Shown: positions 51,688 through 64,000 of the stretch, piece after piece
Numbering within the stretch: the first letter of the stretch is position 1
Layout: the number at the start of each line of letters is the position of its first letter
Source: Octopus bimaculoides
Lineage: Eukaryota
NCBI RefSeq assembly: GCF_001194135.2
Contig: NC_068988.1
Coordinates: 96,539,743 to 96,603,742 of the forward strand
Reading direction: 5' to 3'
DNA: 64,000 nucleotides
Program-made: the position numbers and the translations under genes
Notes under the pieces: generated by a model
What the model was told of the DNA's origin: nothing
What the model saw: the letters and a program-made list of their open reading frames with translations, nothing else
The model's database searches: none

Positions 51688-52126
51688 TTCTTTTATTCTT
51701 TTATTCTTTTACTTGTTTCAGTCAGTTGACTGCAGCCATGCTGGAGCACCGCCTTAGAGGGTTTTAGTCGAACAAATCAACCTCAGGACTTATTCTTTGT
51801 AAGCCTAGTACGTATTCTATTGGTTTCTTTAGCCGAATCGCTAGGCCAAGGGGATGTAAACACACCATCATCGGTTGTCAAGCAATGGTTGGGGGGGGGA
51901 CAAATACGGACACAAAGACACACACACACAAATACATACATACTTTATATATATATATATATATCTATCTATATATATATATATATATGATGGGCTTCTT
52001 TCAGTTTTCGTCGGCCAAATCCATTCACAAGGAGGTATAGTAGACGACACTTGCCCAAGGTGCCACGCAGTGGGACTGAACCCGGAACTATGTGGTTAGG
52101 AAGCAAGCTTCTTACCGCACAGCCAC
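51688..52126 (-). mobile_element. SINE family A, full length
   Basis: Complete head (GTGGCTGTGCGGTAAGAAGCTTGCTTCCTAACCAC), CORE-like GCACCTTGGGCAAGTGTC, internal (TA)/(TG) tract and (GAATAAAA)n tail. Confidence 0.92.
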
Positions 52127-52723
52127 ATACACACATGTTGATATACACATAAAAATATAATAAGGATGTATAACATTACATCTTTATTGGTTTCCTTAAA
52201 GACCAAAAGCTAATGACGCTAACCAGTACCAGACACCAGAAAGTTGCCACTCAGAAATTAATTCTTCCCACGTTAACAAAATATCGCCATACTCTTCTAC
52301 GCAGACGTCTCCTCGACCAGCATTTTGTACTTGACGTCAAGAAGTGTGTCGAAGAGAAGGCAGCGAATTATTGAATAAATATTGTAAGAGGGAACTCTAA
52401 TAAATCTTGTAACAGCAGCAACAGACAGAGTAATAACTCAGAGTTGAGTAGTGAGGCAGATTCCAACGCAATAGTGTTTTTGTCGCTATATTGTCAACTA
52501 TGGAATACTTTAGTCGTCGCCTTCTTTGTTGGTGTGAGAGTGACATGACGTCATCGTCAAGACGGGACAGCTGTGTCTTCTTCAGATATAATGGCTTCAG
52601 AACTGAATAAATATTCATGTGAGAAAATAAACATTTTAATAACACATTGCTGCTGCTGCTGCTACAAATACTACTACTGCTACTACTACTACTGATGATG
52701 CTGACAATGATGATGATAGTGTC

Positions 52724-52758
<35 letters not shown>

Positions 52759-52963
52759 TTTCAAATTTTGGTTAATTTCGGAGGAGGGAGTAGGTCGATT
52801 ACATCGACCCCCAGTACACAACTGGTACTTAGTTTATCGACCTCCAAAAGATGAAAGGCAAAGTTCTCCTCGGCGGAATTTGAACTCTGAACGTGAAGAC
52901 GGACGACATGCCGGGAAGCATTTTGTCCGGCACGCTAATAGCACTTTTGCCAGCTCACCGCCT
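52759..52963 (-). mobile_element. SINE family B, full length (tail type i)
   Basis: TTTCAAATTTTGG...GTCGATTACATCGACCCCCAGTACACAACTGGTACTT...CTCGGCGGAATTTGAACTCTGAACG...GCCAGCTCACCGCCT. Confidence 0.9.
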
Positions 52964-53319
52964 TGTGATAGCGATGATGATGATGATGATGAGGAAGATT
53001 TTAAATTTTGACACAAGACCAGCATAATAACAACATCGCGATAGAGTCATGATAATAATTCTAACTACACACGTAGCATTATTTTCACTTTTGGTATATT
53101 TTGTAAGAATATTTTATATCATCACTTTTCAATGACGGAAGATTAGCAGAAACGTTTGTGCGACGAACAAATTACTTGCTTCTGTAGAATATATTTCATG
53201 TGTTTATGTTTTCAACTCAAATCTCGCCCAAATCAGGATTACTTCTCATTTCTCTATGGTTGATACAACATTCTACAAATCCAGTCCTAACAACGATATA
53301 ATCGATTATTCTGCTTTAT

Positions 53320-53364
53320 TGTTGTTGTTGTTGTTGTTGTTGTTATCATTATTATTATTATTAC

Positions 53365-53448
<84 letters not shown>
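53320..53448. repeat. Compound (GTT)n(ATT)n microsatellite
   Basis: Trinucleotide runs into an N gap; the source of the poly-Leu ORF. Confidence 0.95.
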
Positions 53449-53880
53449 NNNNNNNNNNNNNNNNNNNNNNNNNNNNNNNNNNNNNNNNNNNNNNNNNNNN
53501 NNNNNNNNNNNNNNNNNNNNNNNNNNNNNNNNNNNNNNNNNNNNNNNNNNNNNNNNNNNNNNNNNNNNNNNNNNNNNNNNNNNNNNNNNNNNNNNNNNNN
53601 NNNNNNNNNNNNNNNNNNNNNNNNNNNNNNNNNNNNNNNNNNNNNNNNNNNNNNNNNNNNNNNNNNNNNNNNNNNNNNNNNNNNNNNNNNNNNNNNNNNN
53701 NNNNNNNNNNNNNNNNNNNNNNNNNNNNNNNNNNNNNNNNNNNNNNNNNNNNNNNNNNNNNNNNNNNNNNNNNNNNNNNNNNNNNNNNNNNNNNNNNNNN
53801 NNNNNNNNNNNNNNNNNNNNNNNNNNNNNNNNNNNNNNNNNNNNNNNNNNNNNNNNNNNNNNNNNNNNNNNNNNNNNNNN

Positions 53881-53943
<63 letters not shown>

Positions 53944-54204
53944 TTAAAGAGGGAGGGCGGGGCGAAACGAGACGAGACGGGTCAGGTATAGGTCTAAGTA
54001 GTTACTTATTTGGTATTTGACCACCTGGTACTCTAGATTCTCTGCTGTATGATTAAGCAAGTGACTAATCAGCAATCTTTAGTGTGTTAAATGGCCGCCA
54101 GTTAGCGCTTGCGTCCGTTTTCTAACTAAGAAAGAATTAAATGTGACACAGCAACTATTTAAAAAAAAGAAACCCTCTGTTGTCGTTGTTGTTGCTGTTA
54201 TTAC

Positions 54205-54250
<46 letters not shown>

Positions 54251-55064
54251 GACGACGATGATGATGATGATGGTGTTTCTGTTGTTGTCGATTAATATTT
54301 CCTGTTACTGATCGCACACAGACAGCTTGTTTACTGTCTTATTTCACCACTGTTTCATGCCATCAACCCAAAGTGACGATAGAGAAGACTGCTTCTAGAA
54401 GAAACACTCTCTTTCTTACTTCCTCTCTCTCTCTCTTTCCCTCTCTCTCTCTCTCTTTCTCTCTTCCCCCCCTCCCCCCTCTCTCTCTCTTTCCCTCTCC
54501 CTCTCTCACCAGTAAACCTTAATTTCCATCTTTCCTTATCTCCTTGATATATTTCCTCTTTCTTTTCTTTATCTTCTCTATCTATGACTCTCCTTCACTT
54601 TTCCCTTCGCCTCTCCCTCTACCTTCTCTCTATCACATACCATCTTTTTCTCTTTATCTCCATCTCAATCTATCCTTTACATCTATTTCCTTTCCTACCA
54701 TTCTCTCTTCTCCACCCCCAGCCTCCGCCCCCCATCTATTCTATCGCTGTGTTCGCTTTTATTCCATTCATTACCTTGTTTCTGCGTGACGCTGCAACAG
54801 CTCAAACAGCCCTTAAATCTGTGGTTCTCAACGCAGTTTTTTTACATACAGACCCTCTCCACCTATTCTTTGATTCCCATTTTAGTCCACTGAACCCCCG
54901 TAAACATTTGAAGTTTCAAAAACATCCCATTATATTTTTGTAATATTATTCGCAATTATATAAAAACATTGTTAAAATATTTGGTGCATTGCAGAAGTAT
55001 AACTGATTAAGAGACGTTATTGTTGTTGTTATTATTTACAAGCCCTAAAATTCACTCCATAATT

Positions 55065-55189
55065 GCCCACGGGCATATGGCGTAGTGGTTAAGAGTGCAG
55101 GCTACAAACCCCAAAATTCCGAGTTCGATTCCAAACAGTGACCTGAATAATAATAATAATATCATCGAAAAATACCTTAGGAATGAGAA
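55065..55189 (+). mobile_element. SINE family D, 3'-truncated before the hammerhead
   Basis: GCCCACGGGCATATGGCGTAGTGGTTAAGAGTGCAGGCTAC.AACCCCAA.ATTCCGAGTTCGATTCCA..CAGTGACCTGAATAATAAT...ATCGAAAAATACCTTAGGAATGAGAA. Confidence 0.88.
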
Positions 55190-55593
55190 ATATAACTAAT
55201 AAACCAGAGAAGAAAAAAATTTGAAAAGAATGTTTGGAAAGCTCCACGGTCTTTTTTGTTTTGTTACTTTAAAACATTGTTACTGTAAAACATTGAGAAC
55301 TAGATTTTAGATATTTAGATAAATTTCGACCAGCATTGGCCCAGGCAATGTCTAACTTAATGGCACCACCTGAGAAAGACATTTAAAGGTGTTTCCTGTT
55401 AGTTATTCTTTGGGCACCAGAGCCCATTCGAGTAGAGAGTTATTGTTTGCGGTTCATGGCACTTCAGAAACCTGGATACAATTAAAGAGTGTGTATACTT
55501 GATGTTGCAAGTCAAGAAAGCTTTTAAAGCAGTTCTGTTCTTGAAGACATTATTCCACTTCGAGTCCATTCAACAAATGCCTGTCGCTCACTC

Positions 55594-55631
<38 letters not shown>

Positions 55632-57293
55632 AATCAAATATCAAGTACTCACAGTAAAACTATGCTCTGCTGATGAGGCCCGATGAGACAAGAACGTCCA
55701 TACTTATACCACGACACTGCTAAAGACCAAAGTCATTGCTCACGGTATTCCATACTTAAATCTTTCTCATTAGATCAAGTTTCGGGGTCAACTCCTCGTG
55801 GAATAATAAATAATTCAATCTCTCCGGGTTACTACATTTAGTGTACTACTCGCACTTTACTATCACGTTTTTACACAGCAGGTGTACCTGGGAAATATTC
55901 CCCAGTCATTCTCATAAATGTTATTTGATAACGAGGAAGGACATGTGTTTACGTGTAAATAACGAATGTTTACATAAAGATTATATCGTTACACACTTGA
56001 GATATGAATAATATCTTGATGTGTGTGTGAGCCTGCGCGCATGAGTAATGACATTAATACATAGAAGATATATATATATATATATATATATACGTGTTAC
56101 AACTAAACAGCGTATTATGAGCATTCATAGAACACTCAACAAACAATGAAAGATTGAGAAGAGAGAGCGTCATGAGCTTAAAAATCTTTCAAAACTTATA
56201 ACACTTCTCTTCTCCATTTTTAATTGTTTGTTAAGTTTCTATAGGATACGTGTTCTATAAATGCTCATAACACAATTTATACTTGTAACATTTTCATATT
56301 CGAAGAATGCTTACAACAGTAAGCTACCAATGTAATACGAAGAATCTTTATTAGGAAACGACCTTTGGAAACCACCAAAGTAAAGGAAGATATAGAACTC
56401 AACCTTTTCTTATATATATATATATNNNNNNNNNNNNNNNNNNNNNNNNNNNNNNNNNNNNNNNNNNNNNNNNNNNNNNNNNNNNNNNNNNNNNNNNNNN
56501 NNNNNNNNNNNNNNNNNNNNNNNNNNNNNNNNNNNNNNNNNNNNNNNNNNNNNNNNNNNNNNNNNNNNNNNNNNNNNNNNNNNNNNNNNNNNNNNNNNNN
56601 NNNNNNNNNNNNNNNNNNNNNNNNNNNNNNNNNNNNNNNNNNNNNNNNNNNNNNNNNNNNNNNNNNNNNNNNNNNNNNNNNNNNNNNNNNNNNNNNNNNN
56701 NNNNNNNNNNNNNNNNNNNNNNNNNNNNNNNNNNNNNNNNNNNNNNNNNNNNNNNNNNNNNNNNNNNNNNNNNNNNNNNNNNNNNNNNNNNNNNNNNNNN
56801 NNNNNNNNNNNNNNNNNNNNNNNNNNNNNNNNNNNNNNNNNNNNNNNNNNNNNNNNNNNNNNNNNNNNNNNNNNNNNNNNNNNNNNNNNNNNNNNNNNNN
56901 NNNNNNNNNNNNNNNNNNNNNNNNNNNNNNNNNNNNNNNNNNNNNNNNNNNNNNNNNNNNNNNNNNNNNNNNNNNNNNNNATGCATATATTAGCAGAGTA
57001 CCAATGCAAAATGGGTTGTTATGAATAAATAAACAGCCGGAGTTATGTCCCTATGAATTCAATCTTGCTGTGGAATTAGACCCAGGAGACATTTTTAGGC
57101 AACAGGGGATCCGAATCGAATCGATCGCATTTGCTTTCTTTCCTGCCTTCTTTCAAACAAAATCCACCCGAAATAACAGACGGTGGCAACTTGATATAGA
57201 AGCAAATTTACACCCCCCCCACACACACAGAGTTATATACTTATTTAAATATAAATATATATGTATACCGATATACATGTTTATGTGCACATG

Positions 57294-57331
<38 letters not shown>

Positions 57332-57368
57332 TACTCATACATGTACTCGTGATATCATATTTGAATTA

Positions 57369-57674
57369 GTACTTATTCTATCGGTCTTGTTTTGCCGAGC
57401 CTCTAGTTAAAAAGGACGTAAGCACACCAACACTGGTTGTCAAGCGGCGATAAAGGGACAATAACAGACACAAAAACACACACACACACATAGATATATA
57501 CATATATATACGACGGGCTTCTTTCAGTTTCCGTCTACTAAATCCACACACAAGGCTTTGGTTGGCCCGAGGCTATAGGAGAAGACACTTGCCCAAGATG
57601 CCACGCAGTAGGACTGAAGCCGGAAACATGGAGTTGGTAAGCAAGCTACTTACCACACAGCCATGCCTGCACCT
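57369..57674 (-). mobile_element. SINE family A, lacking the extreme 3' tail
   Basis: GACGGGCTTCTTTCAGTTTCCGTCTAC...ACACTTGCCCAAGATGCCACGCAGT...AAGCAAGCTACTTACCACACAGCCATGCCTGCACCT. Confidence 0.9.
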
Positions 57675-57970
57675 ATATAAATATATTTATATTTACATAT
57701 ATATATACATACATACATGTATATATATATATATATATNNNNNNNNNNNNNNNNNNNNNNNNNNNNNNNNNNNNNNNNNNNNNNNNNNNNNNNNNNNNNN
57801 NNNNNNNNNNNNNNNNNNNNNNNNNNNNNNNNNNNNNNNNNNNNNNNNNNNNNNNNNNNNNNNNNNNNNNNNNNNNNNNNNNNNNNNNNNNNNNNNNNNN
57901 NNNNNNNNNNNNNNNNNNNNNNNNNNNNNNNNNNNNNNNNNNNNNNNNNNNNNNNNNNNNNNNNNNNNNN

Positions 57971-58034
<64 letters not shown>

Positions 58035-58478
58035 TGTATATATATCACATGCACCCGATACATATATATTTTTTGTGGTGTGTAGGCGTGTTTGGTGTGG
58101 ATATGAATAAAATAAATTGCGAAAAGGTTTCTGTTCCTCTGACGAGAACAGAAATCCATGGCGTACATAACCACCATTATATTATATTACAAAAACTGCG
58201 AAATACATAAAATACATAGGAACATATGTTTCAGTCGACATATTCAGCAAATCCTTATCAAAGTAAATATTTGGAACCATGTCTTACACAGAAGCTCGTA
58301 AATACTCGCGCACAGATGTATGTAGATGTATATAGGTGTATTGTAGATAGGTAGATGAATGAATGTGTGTGTACATATAAATATATACATATATATACAC
58401 ATATATATGTGTATATATATACTCACATATATATATATGTATATATGTATACACACACATATATATGTGGCTGTGTAA

Positions 58479-58511
<33 letters not shown>

Positions 58512-58562
58512 TATATGCATGTGTATATCTCTATATATTTATATATAGAGAGCGAAAAAGAG

Positions 58563-58613
<51 letters not shown>

Positions 58614-58869
58614 CAGAAAGGGAAGAAAGAGGAAGATAGATAGATAGATAGATAGATAGATAAATAGATAGACAAGTTCCTGAAGTTACTTCGGCGTCGA
58701 GGATATTTTCAAAGATATTCTCTTTCCCCCTTATTTCCTATAATGTTCGGTGATGCTTGCACGTTTGATGGCTCAACCTTCTCATGTGAGAAATAAACTT
58801 CCGTTCGCAAAACAAGCATCAAAATTGCTGAGTTAATCCGTTGATGCTAGGCACTTTTTTCCATTCCTT

Positions 58870-58950
58870 CTGCTTCTATTATCTTCTGCCTGTTTAAGAC
58901 GAAGGCTTCGCCAACCGCTCCTTTCCTCTACGCTAACTTCCAGTCCCTAC
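58870..58950 (-). mobile_element. Possible 3' terminus relic of an RTE-like LINE
   Basis: Minus frame ...GAVGEAFVL... resembles the W..LGEA(F/Y)V.QW C-terminus of RTE-type ORF2; the match is short. Confidence 0.3.
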
Positions 58951-59544
58951 GATCTTCTACGACATCACCCTGGGTAGTGAACAAATGGTGTGGTCGTCTT
59001 GATTGAGTTACAAAAGCATTTCTTAAGTGTTGCCTTTCTGTGATGACAATAATAATTATATGACAGATTGTATGGAGTTGTTTGGGAATTATAACTGTTG
59101 TTTTTTAGCAGCAGGTTGGCATTTCTTCGCCAAGTTTGGTTGCTGACACGAAAGAAAAGCTTCGACACAGACACGAACGAGTTAAGAAATTTGCTTAACA
59201 ATCATGGGTTTTCGCATTCGCTCCTGCAGATTGTTGGTCGTGTAACTTTTCTTATCAGCTGGGATCGATCCGCAGTCCAATGCTTGAAACAAGATAAGAA
59301 ATGGAAGATGCTTCTACAATGATGTCTTCCCTGAACATGTATGATTCTTACCGAGTAGTTTAAAAGTAGAGCTTGCCGTCACGCGTGAGCGAGTATGGTT
59401 TGGTTATATGGCCCATAGTATCGCTGTTTTAGGTGTCCGTGCAATCGCGTGTGCACATAAAAATCCTCCTCTCGTTTCCTTTGATTTACCGAAATATCCA
59501 GGATGTGGCATCTGCAAGAATAGAGGAACAAGTCCAGCGCCGGA

Positions 59545-59670
59545 CTGGAACACACTGCAGCTGACTATGCTAGAACGTGAAATTAAGTGCCTTGCTCAAC
59601 ACCACGAAACGATGTTCAGTACAGGAATCGAACCAACGACGACATGATCATGGGCCTAACACTAGAACCT
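59545..59670 (-). mobile_element. Degenerate tRNA/CORE-like SINE (provisional family F)
   Basis: Plus strand AAGTGCCTTGCTCAA...GGAATCGAACC is the reverse of the B box GGTTCGATTCC followed by TTGAGCAAGGCACTT. Confidence 0.55.
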
Positions 59671-60440
59671 ATCCCAAGCACGAGGCTACGTGCCTTCATA
59701 CAGAGTATATAAAACTAGTCTGGTTTTCGTGTGCAATGTGTTTCTTCTCCAGCATAAGGCCGTTTAACATCTTCCCAATGATGTTCTTAACAAAATCTAA
59801 ACAAACTTCCCAGTTTGAAACAGTGTGAATAATGCTAGAACTGGTAAGGCACCGCTCCTATCATTTTAATTAACTTCTCTCAAAGCTGACAATACAATTT
59901 TTTTGGTGAATCTGCACGGGATATTTCTTCTTGATATTTATTTTTAGTTTTTCTGCAAGAAAATATTAGGTCCAGATCCAAGGTCAACGAAGGAATGCCC
60001 AGACCCTCCCATTGCATTTTCTTTGAAGCTTGCTGATATTCTGGAATCTGGAATCACCATGGGGTATGCTATTTTTCCAGGGTGGTCTCATCCCAACTAG
60101 AAGAGAGATATAAGAAGAAGGAGAAGGAAAATAAGTTATTTACATATGTCAATGTCGTAAATGGTAATCACGAAATACGTAACAGTATGTATTGTGTCTG
60201 TTAATATGTAGAAAGAGACATGCGGAGGGTCAGGGTGTTGGAAACAGAGAGATAGGAGCATGGTACATGCACAGAATGATAAACAAGGAGATTGATAAAC
60301 AGGGAGAAAATGAACGGAGAAGCAAGACAAACATGTGAAATAGATACAAAATCTTGTACGCAATTTTATGCACCAAGGCATGTGCAAAATGCCGTGGTTT
60401 GGGTTCATTCCTAGCACTAACTTTCGGTTGTCTCTCGTCA

Positions 60441-60486
<46 letters not shown>

Positions 60487-60858
60487 NNNNNNNNNNNNNN
60501 NNNNNNNNNNNNNNNNNNNNNNNNNNNNNNNNNNNNNNNNNNNNNNNNNNNNNNNNNNNNNNNNNNNNNNNNNNNNNNNNNNNNNNNNNNNNNNNNNNNN
60601 NNNNNNNNNNNNNNNNNNNNNNNNNNNNNNNNNNNNNNNNNNNNNNNNNNNNNNNNNNNNNNNNNNNNNNNNNNNNNNNNNNNNNNNNNNNNNNNNNNNN
60701 NNNNNNNNNNNNNNNNNNNNNNNNNNNNNNNNNNNNNNNNNNNNNNNNNNNNNNNNNNNNNNNNNNNNNNNNNNNNNNNNNNNNNNNNNNNNNNNNNNNN
60801 NNNNNNNNNNNNNNNNNNNNNNNNNNNNNNNNNNNNNNNNNNNNNNNNNNNNNNNNNN

Positions 60859-60908
<50 letters not shown>

Positions 60909-61679
60909 CATTTATAGACATAAATACATACATACATGTATATGTATAATGATTTTCATTTTGATACTCTTTGCAAACGTGGCATTTGTGCGAGATTGAA
61001 ACCGTTTCAACGGCACTCTGATAACCACCACTGACTAGAATTCACATCCTTCACCAACACTAGCTTTATTGCCATCCTTCCCTCCTCTTTCTCACCCTCT
61101 TCCCTTTCATCCTCCATCTTCATCCTCATCATCATCGGTGGCCGTCGCCTCTATCTCCCCAAATTCCTTTCACATTTCATTTCACCTTTCCTTACTATTT
61201 AGTCTACCATAACGCATCATCTATCTCTTCATTATTATTAATAGTTTCTTGGTAATTTCACGCTTTCATTGTAAACCATTTTCCTACCTTATCTCACTAC
61301 GCTCCTAAGCTTGGTGATTTCGCTTCTATTTACTTTATATTCCTCCATATTCTATAGTTTTACAATACGTATGTATATGTATGTTAGTATGTTCTCCTGG
61401 TAGGGGGTCACGCGAGCCTGCGGGTATTTCCCTTGGGATATTTCGTCCAAACAATAGACATAATGAAAGTGAAGTTATGATATCCCCTAATCTTCTTTAT
61501 TGCAGACGTCTGGACCCCCCTATCGTCTGCTTTTTCTATTTCATTATTATCTCTTTCTCTCGCTTCTCCTCTCCCTTTCCCTCATTTCTCTCTCTCTCTC
61601 TCACTCTTTCTCCTTTTCGTATCTTAAACAGCGAGATCCATTTCATTGCTAAAAGCACCATTAATTATATTTATGCACC

Positions 61680-61680
<1 letters not shown>

Positions 61681-61746
<66 letters not shown>

Positions 61747-61751
61747 CATCC

Positions 61752-61797
<46 letters not shown>
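61681..61797. repeat. (TCTA)n microsatellite
   Basis: Tetranucleotide run. Confidence 0.95.
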
Positions 61798-61798
<1 letters not shown>

Positions 61799-63102
61799 AT
61801 TCCCGAAACACATCTTTATAAGGATCCCATTGATTTTATGTTCGTTTTTGTTTACTTAGAGAATAACTGGCAGTTTTCCCATCATGTGCAATTTGCATAT
61901 GATACTGGCCCTCTCAAACAGATGAGATATATATTCTTACCTGATGATGTATTGAGGACACAACAGACACGAAAGAATTCAATCCCTCGCACTACTATTT
62001 CCGCCATTCTGCATCACTAAAAGACATCTGGGGCAAATACGAAATACAATAAATGAATTATAGAGTGAAAACATGTTTAAAAAACAATACAAAACCCCAA
62101 ACAAAAAATCCTCACACTCTCTGTTATAACCACACCCTAAAATGAGCACTCACCCTTTTCCAAATGTCGGTTATCTCAAGAAAGTTGTCCTTTATTACGT
62201 CGGCGGATCACGTGATTTAACCCAGACGCTGACACTATGAAGTAAAGACTTCATCAACTTCCATTATTTTCTTCATCAAATTATACTTCCAATACCGATG
62301 GAAGAGGTCTAGGAATATAAATCCAGTTCTAGGTTTGGGTAGATAAGACTAAATCATCTTACGTCGAAACTAGTTTTGAAAACTGGTAATGTGGGTCATT
62401 TGTTTCGGTAAAGTAGGTCAGATCCCCTTTTTTCTGCCGAAATTATGTCTCACTTCTCATTATAATTGATCCTGTTGTTAAGGTAAACGATGCAATGCCT
62501 GTCCCTTGAAATAATAAAATAAAACAAGACAGAACGAAAGCATCCAAGACCTATAAACAACCCCATTAGTTCTGTTTATATAAGAACTTCTGTATTCGAA
62601 GCGTCTTAGAGGGTTTGAAAACGAAATAAAAGGATTTAATTGTGCGAATATTCAGATTAATTGCATCAGTGTAAACATTTGATTTGGGTCAGTGATTCCA
62701 CCGCAAAGCTTCTGTCTATTCATGAACTCGAAATTTACGCTTTGTACATTTTGGATTCAGGCATTTTTGAATACAAAGATACATCTAAGGGCAAAGCGGT
62801 TAGGGCAGACAGCGCAATATTACACAGTCTGCAGTAATATTCAGAAGACATTACATTACTGTAGAGTTCTTAGTGATCTTATTTTTGCTCTTTAATGCCA
62901 TCATAAAAAAGAAAAGCAAAGTTTTCTTCGCATTGAAACAACCTTCCTAATGAAATCACCGCATTTTGCAACGAGTGAAATGCGTATGTTAATGTAAAAT
63001 TGTTACCAGTTTAAATATGTTTGAGCAGTATTCGAACCCGTAAGAAGGTCATTTACTGTATTTTGTTATGGACAAAGATTGCTCACTGTAGACAAATAAG
63101 TA

Positions 63103-63160
<58 letters not shown>

Positions 63161-63598
63161 GAGTGAGAGAGCAGTGCATGCCATCAAAGTGACACTGGGG
63201 TAAAATATACGAAGCCCAGTATACCCATCATGACTACCCGTCTGCTAAGGGTACAACAGGCACATGCATCACAACCATATGTGCGCGACATGGTGATCTC
63301 ATATCAAGATAAACAGCGCATGACCTTGCAGGTGGGGCCCAGTTAGAATTTTCCTTCAGGTCGAGTAGCCCATCCTGCTCAAAAGGTTTGTTTAAGGATG
63401 TTGAGCAAAACACCTATGTTTCCAAAGGAGAATTATTCAAACTCCAAAGAATTCCTCTCAACACATGGCTATGATGCTCCCCCTTCTGCTCATGATCAGA
63501 GATGTACATATCGTCAGCCACCAAGGGACATGCTCAACTGGTTAAGGTCAAACAACTGACAAGTAAATCTGTGGTATTAAGCAGAATATTTGCTGTAG
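63103..63598 (-). mobile_element. 3' portion of a retroposed interspersed repeat (provisional family H) ending in an (AAT)n tail
   Basis: A GC-richer block at 63161-63598 abuts an (ATT)n run, which is an (AAT)n tail on the minus strand. It resembles a common octopus repeat from memory; class not determined. Confidence 0.6.
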
Positions 63599-63905
63599 TT
63601 CAAGAATTATAGTTCTATTCTTCTCCTAATTGCAGACCTTTTTACCTAAATTAGGACAGATCATCTTCAAGCTTCTTGTGTATTTGTTTATTGTTGTATG
63701 AAGGATCGATTTTGTCACATGCGCTTTAAAATAAATCTTGACGATTGTCATGGACATTCATAAAACTTTCATCTTTGAAATTCTTGTAGAGTAATTTGAT
63801 TTAAACATTTCTATCGGTTTTTGCCATGTTTCGGTTGATGCTCACGCAACAAAGGCCAATATCAATGCACTAAATCAGTGAACTGCAAATATATATATTC
63901 TACAG

Positions 63906-63990
63906 CAGTGGTTCCCAACCTGTGGTTCTCGGACCCCTGATGGTCTGCAAAAGTAGTACTGGGGGTCCGTGAACAAAATTCAAAATTTCA
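63906..63990 (+). mobile_element. One end of a hAT (Charlie-like) non-autonomous element
   Basis: It starts CAGTGGTTCCCAACCTGTGG, the typical Charlie/MER5-type terminus, with internal GGACCCC/GGGGTCC. The other end is not seen. Confidence 0.65.
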
Positions 63991-64000
63991 TATATATATA

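Noticed and set aside
59960-60095. Minus-strand VDLGSGP (methyltransferase motif I-like) downstream of a strong acceptor
   Set aside because: That frame is blocked by a stop right after the acceptor and ends a few codons later. A 7-residue match is not enough.
61940-61980. CTGATGA...GAAA at hammerhead-like distance
   Set aside because: No closing stem II and no stem I partner.

Overview
This is AT-rich, repeat-dense animal DNA, most likely an Octopus short-read scaffold (inferred from the SINE families, the microsatellite load and the N-gaps that start inside microsatellites). No intact host protein-coding gene, rRNA, functional tRNA or CRISPR array is supportable, and almost every ORF in the track is a microsatellite or N-gap artefact. 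The window reads as intronic or intergenic. It holds one full-length but dead mariner transposon (35155-36438, TIRs plus TA duplication), relics of two other Tc1/mariner elements, hAT-type MITEs and degenerate LINE fragments. It also holds about 30 copies or fragments of at least six tRNA-headed SINE-like families (labels A-H are my own provisional labels; E and H show no tRNA head here). The most interesting signal is a set of minimal type I hammerhead-ribozyme motifs of the dimer-cleaving, Penelope-associated kind. One sits at the 3' end of a tRNA-headed SINE (44544-44589), suggesting a SINE carrying a hammerhead/Penelope-like tail. Four further decayed motifs are dispersed through the window. 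Other observations are modular tail-swapping in one SINE family, a nested SINE insertion, inverted SINE pairs (candidate dsRNA/ADAR substrates), a foldback element and two candidate exons. All coordinates were read by eye, and no database search or folding computation was run.
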